Below are positions 63,285 to 64,000 of a DNA stretch of 64,000 nt, one piece after another. Numbering within the stretch: the stretch's first letter is position 1; each line of letters opens with the position of its first letter. The DNA lies in contig NC_135830.1 in assembly GCF_964213995.1 (NCBI RefSeq), positions 9,858,001-9,922,000 of the forward strand. The letters are read 5' to 3'. Both the position numbers and the translations under genes were made by a program. The notes beneath the pieces were generated by a model. The model did not search any database. It worked only from the letters and a program-made list of their open reading frames with translations, and was not told the origin of the DNA. Source of the stretch: Mustelus asterias. Its lineage: Eukaryota.

Positions 63285-64000
63285 ATAGAGTCATAGAGGT
63301 TTACAGCAAGGAAACAGGCCCTGAGGCCCAACTTGTCCATGCTGCGCTTTTTTTTTAAACCCCCAAGCTAGTCCCAATTGCCCGCATTTGGCCCATATCC
63401 CTCTGTACCCATCTTACCCATGTAACCGTCTAAACGTTTTTTAAAAGACAAAATTGTACCCACCTCTACTACTACCTCTGGCAGCTTGTTCCAGACACTT
63501 TGCCCCTCTAGATCCTTTTGTATCTCTCCCCTCTCACCTTAAACCTATGCCGTCTAGTTTTAGACTCCCCTACCTTTGGGAAAAGATATTGACTATCCAG
63601 CTGATTGATGCCTCTCATTATTTTATAGACCTCTATAAAATCACCCCTCAGTCTTCTATGCTCCAGAGAAAAAAAGTCCCAGTCTATCCAGCCTCTCCTT
63701 ATAACTCAAACCATCAAGTCCCGGTAGCATCCCAGTAAATCTCTTCTGCACTCTTCTAGTTTAATAATATCCTTTCTATAATAGGGTGACCAGAACTGAA
63801 CACAGTATTCCAAGTGTGGCCTTACCAATGTCGTGTCCAACTTCAACAACTCCTGTATTCAATGTTCTGACCAATGAAACCAAGCATGATGAATGCCTTC
63901 TTCACCACTCTGTCCTCCTGTGACTCCACTGTCAATGAGCTATGAATCTGTACCTCTGGATCTCTTTGTTCTGTATCTCTCCCCAATGGCCTACCATTAA
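63285..64000 (-). mobile_element. CR1 3' part running off the window
   Basis: Reverse complement of the 11960-12640-type sequence. Confidence 0.88.

Overview
Vertebrate genomic DNA, almost certainly from a cartilaginous fish (shark-type HE1/V-SINE and SacSINE1-like tRNA SINEs, CR1 LINEs, Penelope elements). It is a TE-saturated cluster of 11 tandem C2H2 zinc-finger genes: 9 intact ORFs with 6-13 fingers and 2 pseudogenes. No KRAB, SCAN or BTB exon is recognisable. Most genes share one modular design: a CpG-rich, often bidirectional promoter core (CCAAT boxes, GC boxes, NRF1/YY1-like sites, a GGAGGACC-N11-14-GGTCCTCC palindrome), conserved intron blocks, and a terminal exon. That exon opens with about three decayed fingers carrying shared TGA stops, restarts at a stereotyped MEKPWKC..PSxLE[IT]H finger, and ends in a conserved post-stop GLDSAV block. 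Interspersed are one full-length CR1 with intact ORF1/ORF2 inserted into a promoter, a truncated Ty3/Gypsy element, a SINE-head/Tx1-tail chimera, RTE and Rex1/Babar fragments, nested CR1 stacks, and many hammerhead-bearing Penelope termini. TE family names come from recognised motifs, not database searches, and many TE boundaries are approximate.
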